Shown: piece after piece, positions 14,101 to 29,529 of the stretch
How positions within the stretch are numbered: the stretch's first letter is position 1
Layout: each line of letters opens with the position of its first letter
Assembly: GCF_964204865.1 (NCBI RefSeq)
Contig: NC_135252.1
Location: forward strand, 14,074,001 to 14,138,000
Source of the DNA: Styela clava
Taxonomy: Eukaryota
Length of the DNA: 64,000 nt
Reading direction: 5' to 3'
The notes under the pieces: generated by a model
The model's database searches: none
Told to the model about the DNA's origin: nothing
Seen by the model: the letters and a program-made list of their open reading frames with translations, nothing else
Position numbers and translations under genes: made by a program

Positions 14101-17100
14101 TCAAAATTGAGTTAATTTGAATATTTGTCTTACCTTTTGCTACTTTTCAGTATAAAGCTACTGTAAAGAGATGATTTTGAGATATGAGAAAATTGAATTA
14201 TATTCCATTAATAAAAAATTTTGACAAACAAAATCAATTTGTAAAATTTTACAGAAAGCATTTTCTAATCATTTGATTCAACAATTGAATAGAAAAGGCA
14301 AGGAATTTTATTTACAAAACTGTTTAAACATTGAAACATCAATCTAGTCCCCAGCTGTCTGTTTTTAGAATGAGACGCAATGAATTATTGAGTGATTATT
14401 TTTTGTATAAAATGGAACATTGTTTATATGTTATTGTTGTATACTTATCAATGTGATATTGTAAAACTATCTTTATCCATTAATAAATCATTAATTCTTT
14501 CCTGAAGTTAGGCCTTAGAAATTTGAAAAAACATTTTTAATGATCTGCCAGTTTGATTAGGGAATGCAGATATGTCTTGATATAGATTTTTCTCACTACA
14601 CAAGTAATCATTCTTATTACTGATATATATATTCCTAATTCGATTTTAATCGGATTTGTTTGAACTATTTTTTTTTGGCCAACTCTATCTATTACATTTA
14701 CGAGACTAGAATATTTAAAAAAAAACGTGTGGGCTCACAAAATTGTCAGGCTTCATACTATATTATTGAATACCCTAATGTTAACAATCACTACGCGGAA
14801 GAAGCCAGTTGTATTTATGCTGCACAAAATTGCACATTATACTCTTACATCCTTCCTGTCTTTATGGTGGAATATTAAATGTAAAAATCAACCAGCTATA
14901 ATATGATGATAACGAACTGTTCATGTTTCAGTTGCCATCTGTATTAGGTATTTTTCATGCAGTAAAAATACAGATATTAACCTCATAAATTTGGTTTATA
15001 GGTAATGGCCGTAAGCTTATTCTGTGTGGAAATTTCATTGAAATCTCCTGATTTCATGATTTAATCTGCTTGGCAGATCAAGTTACCTGAATATATTTCC
15101 ATATCTGAAAATATATTGTAACGATGAGCAATGATCTATATTTAACAAATAACCCAAAATATGTTAATAAATCACATAATTCAAGATTGAACTCTGAAAA
15201 TCTGCGCACTCTAAATTTTGAACTAGTTTGAACAAAATTCATTTCAATTTTTTTTTTACGGAAATTTCCATTCCCCATATTAGTCGGGTACTTTAATATT
15301 TTGTTCTTGGTTCTAGGTTTATCCTGGTCTCATGATTACAGCAGGCGGAATCCATTGGATTTTAAACGCACTTCACCTCACTGTTCATATTAGGGATGTT
15401 TGTGTATTTCTTGCTCCCTTGTTCAGTGGTTTGACAGCTATTTCAACATTTCTTCTAACAAAGGAGTTATGGAGTGCTGGGGCCGGACTGTTTGCAGCAT
15501 GCTTTATAGCGATAGGTATGGATTGTACTATCATGATGTACATTTCATATGTTATTAACAATCTATGATTGTTCTATTATATGGGACATTATTTCTACCT
15601 ATTCTGTATTTTCTGAGTAATAAGCTAATTTTTTGGATTAATTTTTTGGCCTGATTTTCTGGGGTCTGCTTATTCGAGGTGTTAGCTATTTAGCAAGAAA
15701 ATGATTGTATTCAAATAAAACTTTTTGAAATACTTCATTTTGTAAATAATTAAGTTATAATTCATTTACATATTGAACAACAATATATCTTTGTCCAAAT
15801 TTCATGACCCTGTCTTTATTGACCTAGTATAGTATTCAAAAGGTAATGCATTGCTTGTTTCATTTCATTTATTTTATCCAATATTTCATCACTCTTTCTT
15901 AGTAAAGCTTAATAATCTTTATTTGGGGATAAAAGTAAAATCTATCAGTTAGGACTGTCTTGAATGCATTGTTACAAAAAGAAATTGTATTAGTATGCAT
16001 GCAGCAATTAATCACTTGAAAAAATAAAAAACCAAAAAATTCTGAGATCATTTGCTATTGAGTAGGCTAGTTGTTAAGTGTGTTTCATCCTCTTGTTTAT
16101 ATGATAGAAAGTTATGAAAATGGAATATTTCTAGTGGTTCCCAACTTGGAGGCTTTTAGCACTCGTGGCCCCATTGTTTATCATTCCAGTTGTATTCATA
16201 CTCAGTGTCATTTGGATTGGTAGATTCCAAATCCCATTATGTTCAAACAATTCATGCTCAACAAATGGAAAACATCATGTGGAATAACCTTATTTTGCGA
16301 TAACACTAGGAAGAACAGGGAGTTTTCTTGTAAAGTAAAAAGTAAAACCATTTTTGTGTGTAGCATTGTGACCTCCCGGGTTGGGAGCCGCTGTATTAAA
16401 CCATTCATATTAGAGATAAAAATTCTAATGTACTGCTGTATGCCATTGTCAGCCCTTTTTTGACACATTTATTTTGATGAGACTTGAGTAATTTTTATGG
16501 CTTTTTTCAATGCTATAATATTTTAATTACACAGTTCCTGGGTATATTTCAAGATCAGTTGCAGGAAGTTATGATAATGAAGGAATTGCAATCTTTGCAT
16601 TGCAGTTTACTTATTTCCTCTGGATTAAATCTGTCAAAACGGGATCGGTTCTTTGGTCAGTGTTTGCCGCCCTGTCATACTTTTATATGGTAAGACTTCC
16701 AATTTCTTTCAGCACTATATTGAATTAGTAGGTTTATGGTATTGAAGCTGTGTAAATCACTGACAAAACTATCATTGGCACCAATTAGATAGTTAGAGGA
16801 TGTGGGTGGGATGTTTTAATAGGACTTAGAATTTTTGGCTAATCTGTGTAAATTTGTCAGATTAAGCCACTTTGATTACAGTGTTACTGGTGTACCTTTT
16901 GAAGTTTTCATATTTAGACCAAACTTAACATGAATCTTATACACTGTTTCATGTATGTTTGCTGCGATCTTATTCAGATATCTGACTGTTTGCTAATAGT
17001 ATTGATTCAGAAACCCAAAAATTCATTTTTTAGGTGTTGTTTTTGGGAAGAGTGAACATTATTTTAATGCCAAGGGAAAAAATTGGCATGTTGGCATGCC

Positions 17101-20100
17101 ATTGATATAAATTGTTCTGGGTAGTTTGCTTATGATTATTTGTAATTTGATGCTGTTGTATCAATTAGTTTAATGTTAATAATAAGATTGAATTTACTGT
17201 TTGATGGTTGATTTTTTCTATATTTTAATCTCAGTTTTTCAAATGTATTGAGGGACTTTTTTTCTTATAAAATGGTAGTTTTCTGTCTGTGAATGACTAG
17301 TTGTTTATGCCTTATTAAGTGGAAAATGTAAACACGTGAAGAACCTAAGTATTGGTTTGTTTCCAGGTATCGGCATGGGGAGGATATGTTTTCATCATCA
17401 ATTTAATTCCACTTCACGTATTCGTGCTTCTACTTATGCAAAGGTTTTCAACAAGAATTTATGTCGGTATGTTCTTTGTTTCGTTTTGATAGTTGTAAAA
17501 ACGCATGTACAAGTTGCAGTTCATAAAATATTGATGTCATATTTGCCCAACGATTTTATCCCAACCCCCATTGAGTGATCCAATCCCCGGTTTGAATAAA
17601 CTCAATTTAGATTATGCCACCACTTATCTCCCGGCATTTAGAACTTGACATTAAATGCGACATTATCTGCGACTTATATTTTCTTTTATTCCAATCTGAT
17701 ATTTTATACACTGTTTCAGCTTACACAACATTTTTTATTCTTGGTCTACTGCTGTCTATGCAAGTTCCATTCGTTGGTTTTCAACCAATTCGTACCAGTG
17801 AACACATGGCATCTGCAGGTTTGTACATTTTCCAAGTTATTTTCCATGTAAGTTTTCCAAGTTATTTTACTATGAGCTGAAATTTTGTAGTAAAGCTTTA
17901 AAATGCAAATGGATTCATAATGATAACTTACTAACGTAATTTCAATAATCATTATTACCATTTAAAGTCAATTTAGCAGTATCAAAGTATACTAAGTTAT
18001 GTTTGCTGTTCGAAAGATCTGATTTACTATAGCTAAATGTACGCTACTTACTTGAAGAGTTTAAAATTGTTATGATTTTGAACACAGTATTTTGGATTGA
18101 TGATTGTGTGTACTAAGATGCCAGTGTTTGTAAGATATTTTCTATTTTTTGATTTGTTCGAAATGTTATCAAATCTAAAGCTTTTCTTATGGGGGGAACA
18201 TGCATTAATATTTCATACCTTTGTAACCAATTAAAATCAATGACATTTTAAAATGCTGCAGGAAGAGTTGTAGTGCTTCCTAATTGCTATCTACATTTCC
18301 GTTTTTACAAAGGACTCACAAAATATCGATGCTTAGTGTTGAGTAGCTTTGATTTCGAAAATAAAAATTGTAACTCTGTTTATTTAGGTGTATTTGTCTT
18401 GTTGCAAGCTTATTGTTTCCTCGACTACATTCGTTCGAAAATGACAAAACAACAATTTCGTTCATTATTTTTCTTTGCTGTGACGGCATCGGCTGGAGTG
18501 GTGTTTTTAACAGTAGTCGTTCTGACATACGCAGGTTAGATATTACCGGTACATAGTGTTTAGTGGATCATCAATGTCATTGTGCATTTCTATCATTAGC
18601 TGATGAAATTGAATGGAGTAAACGGTGATTTCATCGATGGCATAAAACAATCATGACTTGCTTTTGTTCAATATATTGAAAAAAATAATATTCATTTCAG
18701 CGTTTTCCATTCAGTCAGTCAGAAGGCTTTTGCTTTTACTTATTTCAAAAATTTCTGTTGTCTCCATGGAATTCGTTTTCGTGTATGATGACTGATGACA
18801 TCATCAAAAATTAAAAAATGCTATAGTTTCAGGACTGATTTTCAGCGATCTCCTCATCCGTCATACCACTGATACTATGATTTGATGCGACTTCGTTTTG
18901 CCTTCATTTCCATATATTTAAGCATTATTCTCTTGTCTATATTACAGGTATCATTGCGCCGTGGAGCGGTAGATTCTATTCATTATGGGACACAGGTTAC
19001 GCTAAAATACACATTCCAATTATCGCATCAGTGTCTGAACATCAACCTACAACTTGGTCGTCGTTTTTCTTTGATTTACACATTCTCGTCTGTGCTTTCC
19101 CTGCTGGATTGTGGTTTTGCATCAAGAAAATCAATGATGAACGAGTTTTCAGTGAGTGCACTTTTTACATTTTTTTTTATCAAACGGCACCAACTCGATT
19201 GGTCATGCAATTTATCTTCGTTTCTGATATTTGAGTAGAAAACCGTTCTACTGCTACTTTTCTATAAAGTTTTGAACTAGTGTAATTACAAGAAAAAACA
19301 GTTATTTTGCTATTTTTGGCTTAACTAATGCATGTTTAAAAAATGTGACTATATATAAATGTTCAGTTCCAAACTATCTGTCTTTAAATTTAGTTCATGT
19401 AGCTTATTTAGGGCAATTTTTTTTTATTTGTTAAATACGGTATATCAACGCACATTAGTAATGTAATAAACTGTGGTTTATTTGCAAATCATTTGGGAAA
19501 TACACAATGAAGTAGATGCTCAAGCAGATAAGACATTCCCATCTATGATGTAGCCTTTGTGCTGTGCTTAGATATTATCATATTGGTTCAATCAATCTAT
19601 TGGTTCAGGTATTCAAGTAATTTCAAATCAGAAGCTTTGCTATAGAAATTGGCTGCCCGGAATTTTTTTTTTATTTCAAGTAATTTTTATTTTCATAAAT
19701 TCAATTAAATCAAATATTAATACTTCTGAGAAGCAGACATTTTTACCCATCATGAATTGAATCAATCTTCAGCCAAATGAAGGCATGTTTTGACATGATC
19801 CATTATTACACTTCACAGTCATCAATTTCCATCCACCTCTTTACTTTATGATTATCTGTTTTATTTTGAATTTATTTACATTATTACAATATTCATTTTT
19901 ATACACCAGTGTTTGAACTATTTTAATAAATATCCAACTTAGCTCTGCTTTTTAATGTATGCACGGTCTACAACCAAATATTTAACTCAGCTCAGCAGCA
20001 GCACCTGTTAGGTCTGCTTCAGAATAATCATACAATGTTTTTTTCTTTTTCGCAGTTATACTCTACGCCATTTTTGCGGCCTATTTTGCTGGTGTGATGG

Positions 20101-23100
20101 TTCGACTTATGCTGACGTTAACTCCATGTGTTTGTATGTTGGCGGGTGTTGCATTTTCCAATACATTCTCAATATTTTTGAAAGTAGGTATTTATTTTTG
20201 GTAGATCTTAGGTACATTTTCAAGGTTATTTTAAACACTTTGAAAATCAGGATATGGAGTAATGATTCGAATTAATAGTGTATTAAATCCGGGGTGCACA
20301 ACTCAAATGCTGGTACATGACAAAGTTTTTAAAATATTCTTGTCGCGTGCTGCAACACAGTTGAATAATTTGTTGGGAATTGAGATTGTAAACAAACTTC
20401 GGTAAGATACATTACAACAGACTTCAATAAACACACCTTTTTCAACAAATAACTATTGACTAAAACAATAAAATGTCCTGTAAAACTACTGCTTTGTGGA
20501 CGCTTTTGATGAACGTAATGGAAATATTAGGCTTCAAAGGAGGTGAAGTGATGCGTGTTCGAACTTATGATGTGCCAAATTTGACATGCATACGCTGTAT
20601 CATGCACTATTGTTAGTGTAATTTTAGGTCAATTTAAAAATACCTTTCAATATAAATATTGTAATATTCATAATTGTTTTCAACAAAACACAAAATTTGC
20701 ATTTTAATAATTTTTCATTTTTTTTTGATTGCATGCATTATGATAATAAGTATTTGTACAAATTTATTGTTTTGATCTTAGGATGACGTCGAGACTAATG
20801 AAAAATCAGAGAAAAGAAGATCTGTAAGTTCATTTTTAATTTGAATCTCACTATAAAATAATTTTATATTTTATTGATTGTGGTATGACAATCATTTATC
20901 GATACAAGTGAGCAATGCCTTTGGCCTTATATATGAATACGAATTGGGATTGAAAGAAAAAATAATAGTAATATCACTCTTGCAATTTCTTTTTTTTCAA
21001 GTACTGAAAATCCGAAATTGATCGTTTCATTAGTTGCACGAATGAGCTATTTTTCCCAACAAGAATGTAGCAATACAATCCATATGTACACATGACCAAT
21101 ATTGTAAAGTAGATGTAACATTATTCTGTTATCTTCAATACATTTCCGATTCTAAACTTGAGTTATGAAAATCAATTATGTTACATGTTTTGAGATTGTT
21201 GTATTAATTCATTAATTTCAGATGAGAAATCTTTAAAGATCAAGTAGGCCTATTATTTATTAAAATAATTTGCAGTTGACTGTTATTTTTATCACAAGAT
21301 TTCGAATGGTAAAGAAGCGGGTGATGGTGAAATTGATGAGGAAACTCAGGAAGGGAAATTGTATGATAAAGCAGGAAAACCTAAGAAAAAATCTTCAACT
21401 TCTGCAGGAACTACTGGAACTTCTTCATCCAAGTCAAAGAAAGATGAAGACAATACATTGGGCTCAAATTTGAAGGTTAGTAATAAAATGTGAAAGGATA
21501 AATATACACAAGTAACATTCATTTTACTATGATTGACTGGCAAGTTTGGTAACAAACAGTAAAGGAGGTTTCCCTCAAAGATGGATTTCTTTGTTATTTC
21601 CATAGCAATTACTAATCAGCCATAAGTTCACATTGACATATCAATTGCAATTTGTTCAGCTGCCCAGACAATTTTTTCACTCAGACATATATCAAACAAT
21701 ACGTCGTTTTCATAGTTTTGTTATTTGTCAGTTTTCAGTTGTGTTTCCAAAATTAGTTGTAAACCAAATAATCTACCGTAATTGTTCTTATGCCTTCCGA
21801 GAAGCTTTAGTTTTGTCGCAACTCGCAAAGTTCAAATAATACCCCTGGAAATGCTGCATTAGGCTAGGATGAAAGTAGCTAGCAGTACCAGTAAGCGGCA
21901 TGTGGTTGAATATTTTTATAAAATTGATGGTTTTGAACAGGTCAACCAGTTTGTGAATGCCAACCCTCGAAAACTCTCTCAAAATGAGGGACAAAAATTC
22001 TGCAAAATTATTTCTAGGGTCAAGGGTCTTGTAAACATCAGTCCTATTAAGCTGCCAACTAGGAAAATTCATATCTCAAATGTCGATTTACATTTAATCT
22101 TCATTCTTTTCAGGATGTTCTTGGTGTAAATATTATATACAGTTTTTAGTACTAACTTATACCTCATAAATATGATATCAGAGAAATAAATGTTCTATTT
22201 AAACTGTTAAGTATCTGTATAACATAATATGAAATTGAGAAAAAAATATGGCTCTAGTTACTGTACTTTGCTTAAATATTGAAGCGTCTGTGATACTGAA
22301 GTTTAAGAAATTACCTAATAGTCTATCGCCTCAGGAGTTTTTAAGTATATTGGATTTTACTATCATAAGTAGCTTCACTTAAGTCTGTTGTCTATGGTTG
22401 GTATCAGATTTCATGTTGTAATTCTCTTGCCCTCATTTAATTCTAGTTAGTGTAAAGATTTCCCCATGAGCTGTCTGTAATACTCTTGTTGACTTTTCAG
22501 TCTAGTTAGATTGTTTAGATATTCTCAATTGGGAGCCAAACTACTTATCCCTTCATAAAATCTTTTTATCCTCATTTAAATTCGAATGTGGTTACTCAAG
22601 TTGTATTTATGAATTAGGAGTTAATTTCATTATTGAACAAGTATGTTGTAAGATGTGTATTGCTTTTGTGAAATTGGAATATTGATCACCCTTCGTCGGT
22701 TTGCAGGTTTGAATAAGTGGCGTTACGTCTTCCTCCACAATAAAGTTACTCACATATGAGAAAAATAACTGGTAAATATTCCTATACGCAACATGTACTG
22801 GTAACCAGACAAGAGGACTTGGTTTGCCATAGGATAAAGCCATCTTATGGCCTTTGTTTTTCCCCAGGAGAAATATAAAAATCCTATTCTATCCCATATC
22901 AATAAGAAAAGAAATGCAGAAAAGAGAATTGACATTTTTTCATGCTTCCCATTCAGATGTTTGTGATCATGCTGATGTTAATGATGCTCATGATGTTTGT
23001 TGTTCATTGTACATGGGTTACGGGAAATGCTTATTCATCACCCAGTGTTGTGTTGGCTTCCTATAATAATGATGGGTGAGTTTATTTGGCATTAAAGTAT

Positions 23101-26100
23101 GCTTCCTAAGCTTTTTTATTTCATTGTTTTCAAATATATATAATCTGATTTGACACTGATTATGAATTTTTTTTTATTTTTCAGGACTTTTTGACTATAT
23201 TATGTAATAAAGTCTAGAATTGTGAAAAGAAGTACAACCATTCTAAAAATTGTTGTTTTTACAATTCGAGATCCTTTTCTTGTAATTGCGTTGTTTTGTG
23301 TGCAAAATTTGCTACCTGTTCCGGTCTGGATTATAGTAAAATTCGGGATAAAACTTATTTATGATCTTTTTTCATAGGTCGAGAAACATTTTGGATGATT
23401 TTCGTGAAGCTTATTATTGGCTGCGTCAAAATACACATGAAAAGGCTAGAGTTATGTCATGGTGGGATTATGGATACCAGATTGCAGGAATGGCGAATAG
23501 AACAACTCTTGTAGATAACAATACTTGGAACAACAGTCACATAGCATTGGTATGGATTAGTGTAAAAGTCTTTATGTGAACATTGCAATTGAATGGCAAT
23601 ACACTTTTTGTGTAGCTATCCTTAAAATCAAACATGCTATCAAATGGTAGCACAATATGCTCAAATTTGTACATATTTCAAGTGTGTTGTCAAAATTTTC
23701 AGGTTGGCAAGGCTATGTCGTCAACAGAAGACAAAGCTATAGAAATTATGAGAGCGTTGGATGTCGATTATGTTCTTGTTATTTTTGGTGGAGTTATTGG
23801 ATATTCTGGCGATGATATCAATAAGTTCTTATGGATGGTGAGTTCTACCTGCAAACCAAATTATTTGAATAAAAATTCTGGTTCTCCTGTAGTGTGTACC
23901 AGGGTTAGGTCATAATTTTATTCCGATTTTCCTTATTTTAGTTCTATTACGAGTTCGGGACTGTCTGTGTTAAGGTGAATATACTCCCTGTCTATAGGTT
24001 TCAGTCCCTTTACACAACTTGATGTAAAGTAGGCGAACAAAATTAGTTACCTCCATATTGGTACACACACTTCTGGAGCACCAAAATTCGTTTTAACAAC
24101 ATAGGAAGATATTTCTGAAATGAAGTTTATTCATTTTTTACACGACATTATACGTTATTGCCCACCATATTTATTACACCCTGAGTGAGGTGGTGGGCAT
24201 GGGATTTGAACACTAAAATTCAATCTGCGATGCCATTATTGTTCATATAATGCTTTAATAACCGCTAGACCATGCTCCAAAATTTACGAATTTATGAGTT
24301 GGTTTTAAATTGCATTACCTGTAGTTGAGAAACATGTTTACATAAATTGTAATTTTACCTTGAAGGTTCGTATTGCTGAAGGTGAACATCCAAAAGATAT
24401 CAAAGAGTCGAACTATTTCACCCCTCAGGGTGAATTCCGAGTTGATAAAGGTGGTTCGAAGACCCTTCTTAATTGTCTGATGTATAAAATGAGTTATTAC
24501 AGGTATTGTGGAATTTTTTTTAAATTAGAAAGTTTTATCATGTTGGAACCAGGATATCAATTTGATTATTTCGATTGGTTTTGCACTGGTTTTAAATCGA
24601 TCCCAACAATTTGGAATATCAATCCAAGTAGAGTGAAATCTTCCGCTCTTTGAGACTTGTAGCCACTAAAAGTACAGACCCATATTGAGTCCTATTCTTA
24701 GTAATTATGCGACCTTTTTTGATGCATTTTTCGATTTGTAACTCGTTATTTCTCTTTCTCTGTGTATATGAACTTTGTTTTCATTTCGATATTTGTTCAA
24801 TCCTTAATGAATCTTTAGCTAATGGTAACATGTAAGCAACTCGCACCCTGGGGCCTGTTTGCAAGGTTTGAATAGACTATAATCTGTTCATAAATGTGTA
24901 ATAAAATAGTACTAAGTAAATAAACAATATTAGTTGAAATACACTAAATACAAGGTAATATTTTCTTCCTTAGTTGAAATGAACCGACTGTAACATGACT
25001 TTTGCTGGATCACCTTAGTTGAATCGAGTCAAATCACTTAATCAATCCGTTTGTTTAAAAAATGTATTTTGAAGTCAAAATATAAATATAAATGCTATTT
25101 TTTACACCTATTTTTACTTATTGCAAAAATACATTTTGTTTTTCTTGATTAATAAATGAAGCAATTATCTTCTCGTTTTCTAGGTTTGGTGATGTTCAGC
25201 TGGATTTTCGCAATCCCGCAGGATATGATAGAACAAGGAATGTTGAAATTGGAAACAAGAATATCAAACTTAAACACTTGGAAGAAGCATATACATCAGA
25301 ACATTGGCTTGTTAGAATTTATAGGTAATTTTTCCAAATAAATGTTCTTGTGTATTCTCAATCTCCGTGAAACATCTTTATTACTTATGATTAACGAATA
25401 TGTACAAACAAGAAAAGACTGCAAGATTTTTACCATTTTTTGATATTTGGGTTTTTGAGTATAGACTTCATGAACTAAATTTGAATGTTTGTTTTATAAT
25501 TAATATTCGAGTTATATTGGGGAAACGGAATATCATATCTGTGGTTGCTTAGATAGAGCCTTATTCAGAGTGAAGACATAAAGTGTGTCATAAAGATGAA
25601 ACCTAAAATAAGAATTTTTTTCTGTTGATATTTTTGAATTTGTGACAATGAAATGGAGTAATAGAATTGCCAGAGGAGTGTTGGATATAACTGATTCATC
25701 ATCATTTTCTTATTTGACATGAAGTGGAAATATGTATCATTTTGCCAGTTTGTTTTGTCGGAAGAAAATTGCTTTTCTTGATGCTATGGGCCAAGATTTT
25801 TAAATTTGAAGCTGATAAAAAGATTTTACTTTCATTTTGTTTCAATTTTTTTTCTGAGTCGTGTGGCTTTTTACATTTTTCCACCATGCGGCAATATGTC
25901 ATACCAATTAGAACATCTTTCTGACAAAGGCAGTGCTTACTGCTCAGTTGCAGTCTTAACCAGTATCTATGTCAGTTACTATTACAGTGAGACTTGATTT
26001 GCATAGGCTACTGATACTGCAGTTAGTAATTTGGGCATGTATATATGTGAGCAATTGCTCTTTTGTGCCTCTGTGGTATTGCCTGCTGACACTGTCAGTT

Positions 26101-26552
26101 TATGCAGTGATGTACGTTTTAAAGGGTAGATTGTTGAAAAATGTATTAACATCATTGTCTGTTTTTGTAGGGTCAAGAAACCAGCAAATCGTGAAAAGAT
26201 GTCTCGTCCACTGACTCATAAACATTATAAAGCCAAGTACATTTCAAAGAAGGTATTTTAATATTTATTCATTTTGAATACAATTTGACTCAAACAGCAA
26301 TACTTCTAGTCTACGAACAGTTTACTTTAAAATACTTATGCTTTTCGGGCAGACTGTACTTTTGAACCATCCACTGTCTTCCTTGCTTAATATTATTGGA
26401 TGAAAAATTTAGAAGGGATCTTTTGTTTTCAGACGAAATCTAAGAAACGTGGCTACATGAAGTCTAGGGATAACAAAAAAATCGTCAAAGGAAAGAGGAA
26501 TCGTGCAAAATCGATTAAGAAATCTACGAAGAAAAATAAAGCAGCATCTTAG
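11170..26552 (+). CDS. STT3B: Dolichyl-diphosphooligosaccharide-protein glycosyltransferase catalytic subunit STT3B (810 aa, 18 coding exons)
   Basis: Exons 11170-11336, 13875-13983, 15317-15515, 16535-16689, 17367-17466, 17720-17818, 18388-18534, 18948-19151, 20056-20183, 20782-20823, 21299-21475, 22957-23075, 23378-23549, 23703-23837, 24366-24502, 25184-25324, 26171-26252, 26433-26552. All are GT-AG, total 2433 nt and join in frame. Motifs [39 protein letters not shown] and [13 protein letters not shown] are present. [16 protein letters not shown] and the basic tail ([14 protein letters not shown]) indicate STT3B rather than STT3A. Confidence 0.97.
11960..12820. repeat. Minisatellite with higher-order period of about 315 bp, inside a probable 2-kb insertion (about 11474-13553) in STT3B intron 1
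   Basis: Core attcatatgccgcaaatg or close variants at about 12046, 12153, 12246, 12322, 12363, 12468, 12561, 12637 and 12728; cores 1-4 recur 315-317 bp later as cores 5-8. Confidence 0.85.
22685..22895 (+). mobile_element. SINE copy, 5'-truncated
   Basis: Shares ggtttgccat..gat.aagc..tcttat.g and the tail ccagga.aaatat..aaatcctat with the 4020-4330 copy. Confidence 0.6.
23880..24082. mobile_element. Palindromic MITE, same family as 45547-45784
   Basis: Ends ggttctcctgtagtgtgtacca / tggtacacacacttctggagcacc; flanks aaaattct / aaaattcg; internal gggttagg..ataatttt..attttagttctatta shared with the 45547 copy. Confidence 0.6.
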
Positions 26553-28851
26553 ATGATATTCCTTCCAAAATAAAGCTGCTAATCATATTTGATGCTGATA
26601 AAGAAAGATTTCACTGACATGTGCAATCAACCGTATTTAGACACAACTTTGGAGTAGGCAATTTCTGACTATTTACTCCAAAGGGATTTATATCAAAATT
26701 TTAGTAAATTTGTCATGTGATTTTTTTATTATATATGGGGTAAAAATATTGTAGATGTTCAGGATTGCTTTAAGTTTAAACGGTGCTGTATGTAAGAAAT
26801 GTAGTTAGTTGGAAACACTTTTCTGATCTGGAATTCTGTCGAACCAAGTTTTTTTTTTTATCTTCGAATGGGTTTGTAGATTTCTCCTCATATTTGAAAA
26901 TATTTTACTTTACTAAAATAGTATAGGCTTCAAAGACTTGAAATGAAAAGTACTGGTTCCCAACTCATTTTTGATAAATCTCTCTCTGCTTATTTTGGAT
27001 CTTTTTATTCCTCCCACGTATAAACTCCGTTTCCGTTATTTGTTCAATCTTTAATAGATCCTTGGGTATTGCTACGCACAATTCACTCTGCACCAAACTC
27101 GTATTTCATTAATAACTCACTTGGAGGAAAAGAGTCTGATGTCAGAATTTAAAAAAATGACATAAAAAAAAAATTGAGGCATTCACCAAAAAAAGAAACA
27201 AAATGGTGACGATTTGAAGTTTGTGTCTGAACAGATTCGCTTAAAATGACCAGCCCTAACCACGATAACATTGATTTTTTAATATACATCTTTGCAATAT
27301 ATCCAGCCTTTTTTTACCCATTTCACCAAGAAGTTTTGATAAAACAGCTAGGTTTCTAAGAAATACAAAACAAATAGTTTCAAAGACTGATAGAATATTT
27401 TGAAACGTTTTTGAATGCTGCTTAAGAATGTTGTAGTCGCTCGTATAGTAATTATCGTCCTTTATTTTTTTTTATCTTATCCCATTCAAACACAGAATTA
27501 TTACAGATACTTTGATTTTCCAACATGATAGTTCAAAACCAAGCATTCAATTTAAATTATCTTATCTGTTCAAAATACTGAACAATTTGGCATTTACTCT
27601 GTTTGTTAAACAAAAATCACTGTGGTCTCCTAGTGGGTATTCTTTCAAAATGAGACTAAAATTTAGTGACAATAGTAACCTATATCTAATTAGATTTTGA
27701 AATTTCTTCAAATCCATAGGTAAATAGAATTCATTAGGGTATATATATGTCTGTTAATTTACCATATCTTAGTTCCATAACGCGTACTTTAAAATCAACT
27801 TTTATTCCCAAAAATTGATTATTGATTGAAAACCCAATCTTGAGTGATTTCTTGACAATCTGCCTCCTGGTCCCATCAAATGCTGTATTTTTCGTCATTG
27901 ATATTAATTTTAAATAAATAATTGTGTGTCGTGTATGAATAAAATTCCAGTCTAAGCGATTTCTTGACAATGCGGCTCATAGTCCATAAAATATTGTATT
28001 TTTCGCCATTGATATGACCAAGAAATTAATTTTAAATAAATAATTAATTGTGTAGTCACGTCCACGTTGATGTAAATGCAGTCTCTCTTATCTCAGGCCA
28101 TAACCATGATGTTGTTTCTAAAAGAAGTTAGGTGACACATTTAACAACCTGTGGCTACTCATGGTTTCGTTATGAGATTCATTGTTAATTGCAACATGCC
28201 TGTCCTTATTATTATAGATCCTATTGTACGCTTGCGGAATATGGTGTGCTATTTTGATATAGGGAAAAGCGGAAATAAATTTTCTTGAATAAATGTCAGT
28301 CAAATTTTGTTGTGAGCATGATAAGATGAGCATGATGCCTATGCGTCTTTAATTATGATTTGTTGGGCCTTGTTTGAGTCGAGATACAGAAATATGTGAA
28401 AACTGTCGTCTTGAGAGCCCTGTTAATGGAACCAGGGAAGAGTACCGCACTTTAACCACTGCAATTCTACTAGACTCTGCTGTGTGGCGCAACATGCTAA
28501 TCGTTATGACAAGAGGCTATAGTTTGTCATGATGATTAAGCTTTCCTATTAGTTTCCTCTCTCCCGTGATAAATATGTAAATCCTATTTCTTGCTACTTG
28601 ACTGGAGTTTGCTATTGCGTTGGGTAGTCGTTCTCTGTAATAGTATACAGAAGGCATATTAAGATTATTTCGCCATGGTGATGCCAATTACAGACCACAG
28701 AGGTTATTCGCCGTTTATCATCATCTTTTGGTATGGACTATCCTATAGTACTAAATTATTTACCAACACTTGAGGCTACATGTGCGTGGAACAGGGATGG
28801 CTAATCTTTTTTGAACAATTTTGTTTTGAAAAAGAAGACTGGCTCCTAGAT

Positions 28852-29529
28852 CAGCGGTTCCCAAACTATGGGTCGAGACCCACGGGTGGGTTGCAAAAGG
28901 AATCTTAGTGGGTCGTGAAAAGATGTGGAAAGCTTTGATTAACTGTACTGGGTATTAGGATCGGTGCCGACTCGAATACGTAAATCTTCAAAAAAAAAAT
29001 TAAATTCTAATCTCTGAAAGTTTCCTTTTTCCGATCTTCTCAGAGGAACAAAATTTGCTACACAAAGAATGGCCATGTGAATTTTTTTTATCAAAAGAAT
29101 TATTTTTATCAAAAATAAAATTACATTGTAGAAAATCACGAGATTTTCTAATGAACATTATATGAAAACCGAGATCCATTGTTTTTATCCCATACAAAAA
29201 TCAAGTGACAAATATCATAATTGTGATATCACACAATCTTGAATAGTGGTGTGATCTTCACATTACCTCAGGTAATTGAACCTTTCCTCTCCCACACATT
29301 TTAAATTTATTTTATTGGTAGGGTTTAATTAACATCATTTTGAAAATTCGAATTAGGTATTTTTTTCAAGCCAGGTCTTATTTTCGAGGAAACACGGTAG
29401 TGTTGCGATGATTAGCCATTGCTAATTTGTTTCCTCCAATGTTTTATTAATTTATTAAAGTTAAATGGGTCGCCATAAGCTGTGGTAATGAATAGTGGGT
29501 CGCAACTCTAAAAAGTTTGGGAACCACTG
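28852..29529. mobile_element. hAT (Charlie-like) MITE with perfect TSD
   Basis: TIR cagcggttcccaaact / agtttgggaaccactg; perfect 8-bp TSD tcctagat at 28844-28851 and 29530-29537. Contains an orphan right TIR of the Tc1/mariner-type MITE at about 29371-29399. Confidence 0.85.
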
